Source: Macrostomum lignano
Taxonomy: Eukaryota
Direction: 5' to 3'
NCBI GenBank assembly: GCA_002269645.1
Contig: NIVC01001184.1
Span: 186,001-250,000 of the forward strand
DNA length: 64,000 bases
The notes beneath the pieces are model-generated. The model had not been told where the DNA came from, ran no database searches, and was given only the letters and a program-made list of their open reading frames with translations. Below are positions 62,576 to 64,000 of this stretch, one piece after another (position 1 is the stretch's first letter; every line of letters starts with the position of its first letter). Position numbers and translations under genes: made by a program.

Positions 62576-63958
62576 CCGCTTGAGTTGGCTGAGATTTTCC
62601 AAGAAACCAATAGCCAATTTGCTAGCGGAAGACTGTCGCTGCAAGGAAGAGCCTGCATCAGCGGACGCGGCCACCTGCTGCTGTCTAGATGCTCTCGGTG
62701 GTAGCCGAGGCGGCAATCGCTGTTGCGGCAAAGCCGACGCAGGCGCAGCCGGAGTCGCCGCCGGCCTGGTTACTATGGCAACGCCAGAATTTCCACCCGA
62801 ACCAGCAGCAGAAGAAGCTAAGGAGGCCGCGGCGGCGGCTGACAACGGCACGGGCCGGTGCAGCGGCGGCGCCGTCAACAGTTGGAAAGCTGAAGGCGGC
62901 GTGGACGAACCGGCAGACGACGAGTTGGACCGAGGAGGCGGCGGGCGTTGAAGCAGGTGCACGGGACTGAGACCGGTACGCCGTAGCGGACTTGGCGGAT
63001 CCGGTGTCTCCGTCTGGAAGCTCCTGTGCTGCTGCTGCTGCTGCTGGCGACGTCGCTGACGGTGGGACGGTGGCAACGGTGGAGGCGAGGGCGGGAGAGG
63101 TGGCAGCGGCTCCGAAGGCGGAGGTGGAAGCAGCCGAGACGTCTGCTGTTGCTGCTGCTGCTGCGAAGGCATCGGCGGAGGCGGCGACGGAGGCAGCTTA
63201 CACGCTGCTTGCCGATGCCCATCAGTGAGTGCAGAAGCTTTGTCGCTGATCGGATCAACAGATGATGACGAGGATTCATTCTGCCGGCGAAACAGATTCT
63301 TCAATTTCGCCCGAAACCCGCCGCCACCGCCTCCGGGAGGCTTCGACTTGGCAGCGGACGCCGTTAGCAAGGATTTCTCTGACGATGGGGCCAGAGAGTT
63401 GGACAGCTGATGCGGACTCGGCGCCGGGCCCTGCGACACGCTGCGGCGCCTGCCGCCGAAACCGGCCAGCCATTGTCGCCGGCGCCGTTTAGCCTGTTGG
63501 CCAGACTGCACTAATTGGCACGCTGTCAAAGGCCGGCAAGGCGGTATGTGGTTCACTGGGCTGTAGTTGCGGCGAGACTTATCGTTTGCTGCGGCCACGG
63601 CGGTGGCGGCAGCTGCGGCCGCTGCTGCTGCGGCGGCGGCTGCTTCAGCTGAATCGGCGGGACAAAGCGGAGGGTGCAGCGGACAGGAGGCGGCCCGAGG
63701 CTGCGCCGGTTGCTGCGTCGGCGCGGGCTGATGCGACGCCTGGCGCGGATGCCGGCGCAACAGCAGGCTGGCGGCTGTGGAGCGCGCCGGGACAGGGGGC
63801 GGTGGAGGGGTGGGCGGCCGGGGCTGCGGCTGCAGACTGTACTGATGCTGGTGGTGCCGCATGGTGGCATCAGTATTGGGGAAGGTGGCGGCGGCGGCGG
63901 CTGCTGCTGCGGTTGACTGCATTAGCGAGCCGGGCCTGTGCCTAGTGCTGTCAATCAT
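62576..63958 (-). CDS. SOCS7: SOCS7-like exon 1 (long Pro/Gln/Ala-rich N-terminal region); true start uncertain
   Basis: Open frame ending GFLENLSQLKR, the segment that precedes SOCS SH2 domains. Donor CGG|GTGAGT at 62575, phase 0. First in-frame ATG at 63958; the track's 63976 start is a TTG. Confidence 0.8.
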
Positions 63959-64000
63959 GCACGCGTTGCCATGCAAAAAACGGCAACAATAAATGCAGAA

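Overview
Repeat-rich animal genomic DNA with spliceosomal introns and the standard code. GC-rich polyQ/polyA exons and dense minisatellites suggest a free-living flatworm such as Macrostomum, but this is inference. Six host genes were reconstructed, all on the minus strand: a Src-family tyrosine kinase (runs off the left edge), mitochondrial ATP synthase subunit f, RBM25, an atypical class A neuropeptide-receptor-like GPCR, TM9SF3 and a SOCS7-like gene. Between and inside them are two tRNA-derived SINEs, several MITEs, an RTE LINE interrupted by a solo LTR, a nearly intact DD34D mariner, Helitron-like elements, two MULE-type elements (one with a PHD-FLYWCH-MULE transposase pseudogene) and about 20 distinct mini/microsatellite arrays. 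Most long ORFs in the supplied track are repeat artefacts. The most striking pattern is mutually complementary tandem arrays within single transcription units. In the SOCS7-like intron 2, two different arrays sit 24 nt from the donor and 52 nt from the acceptor and share an inverted 16-18 nt core that could base-pair the intron ends together.
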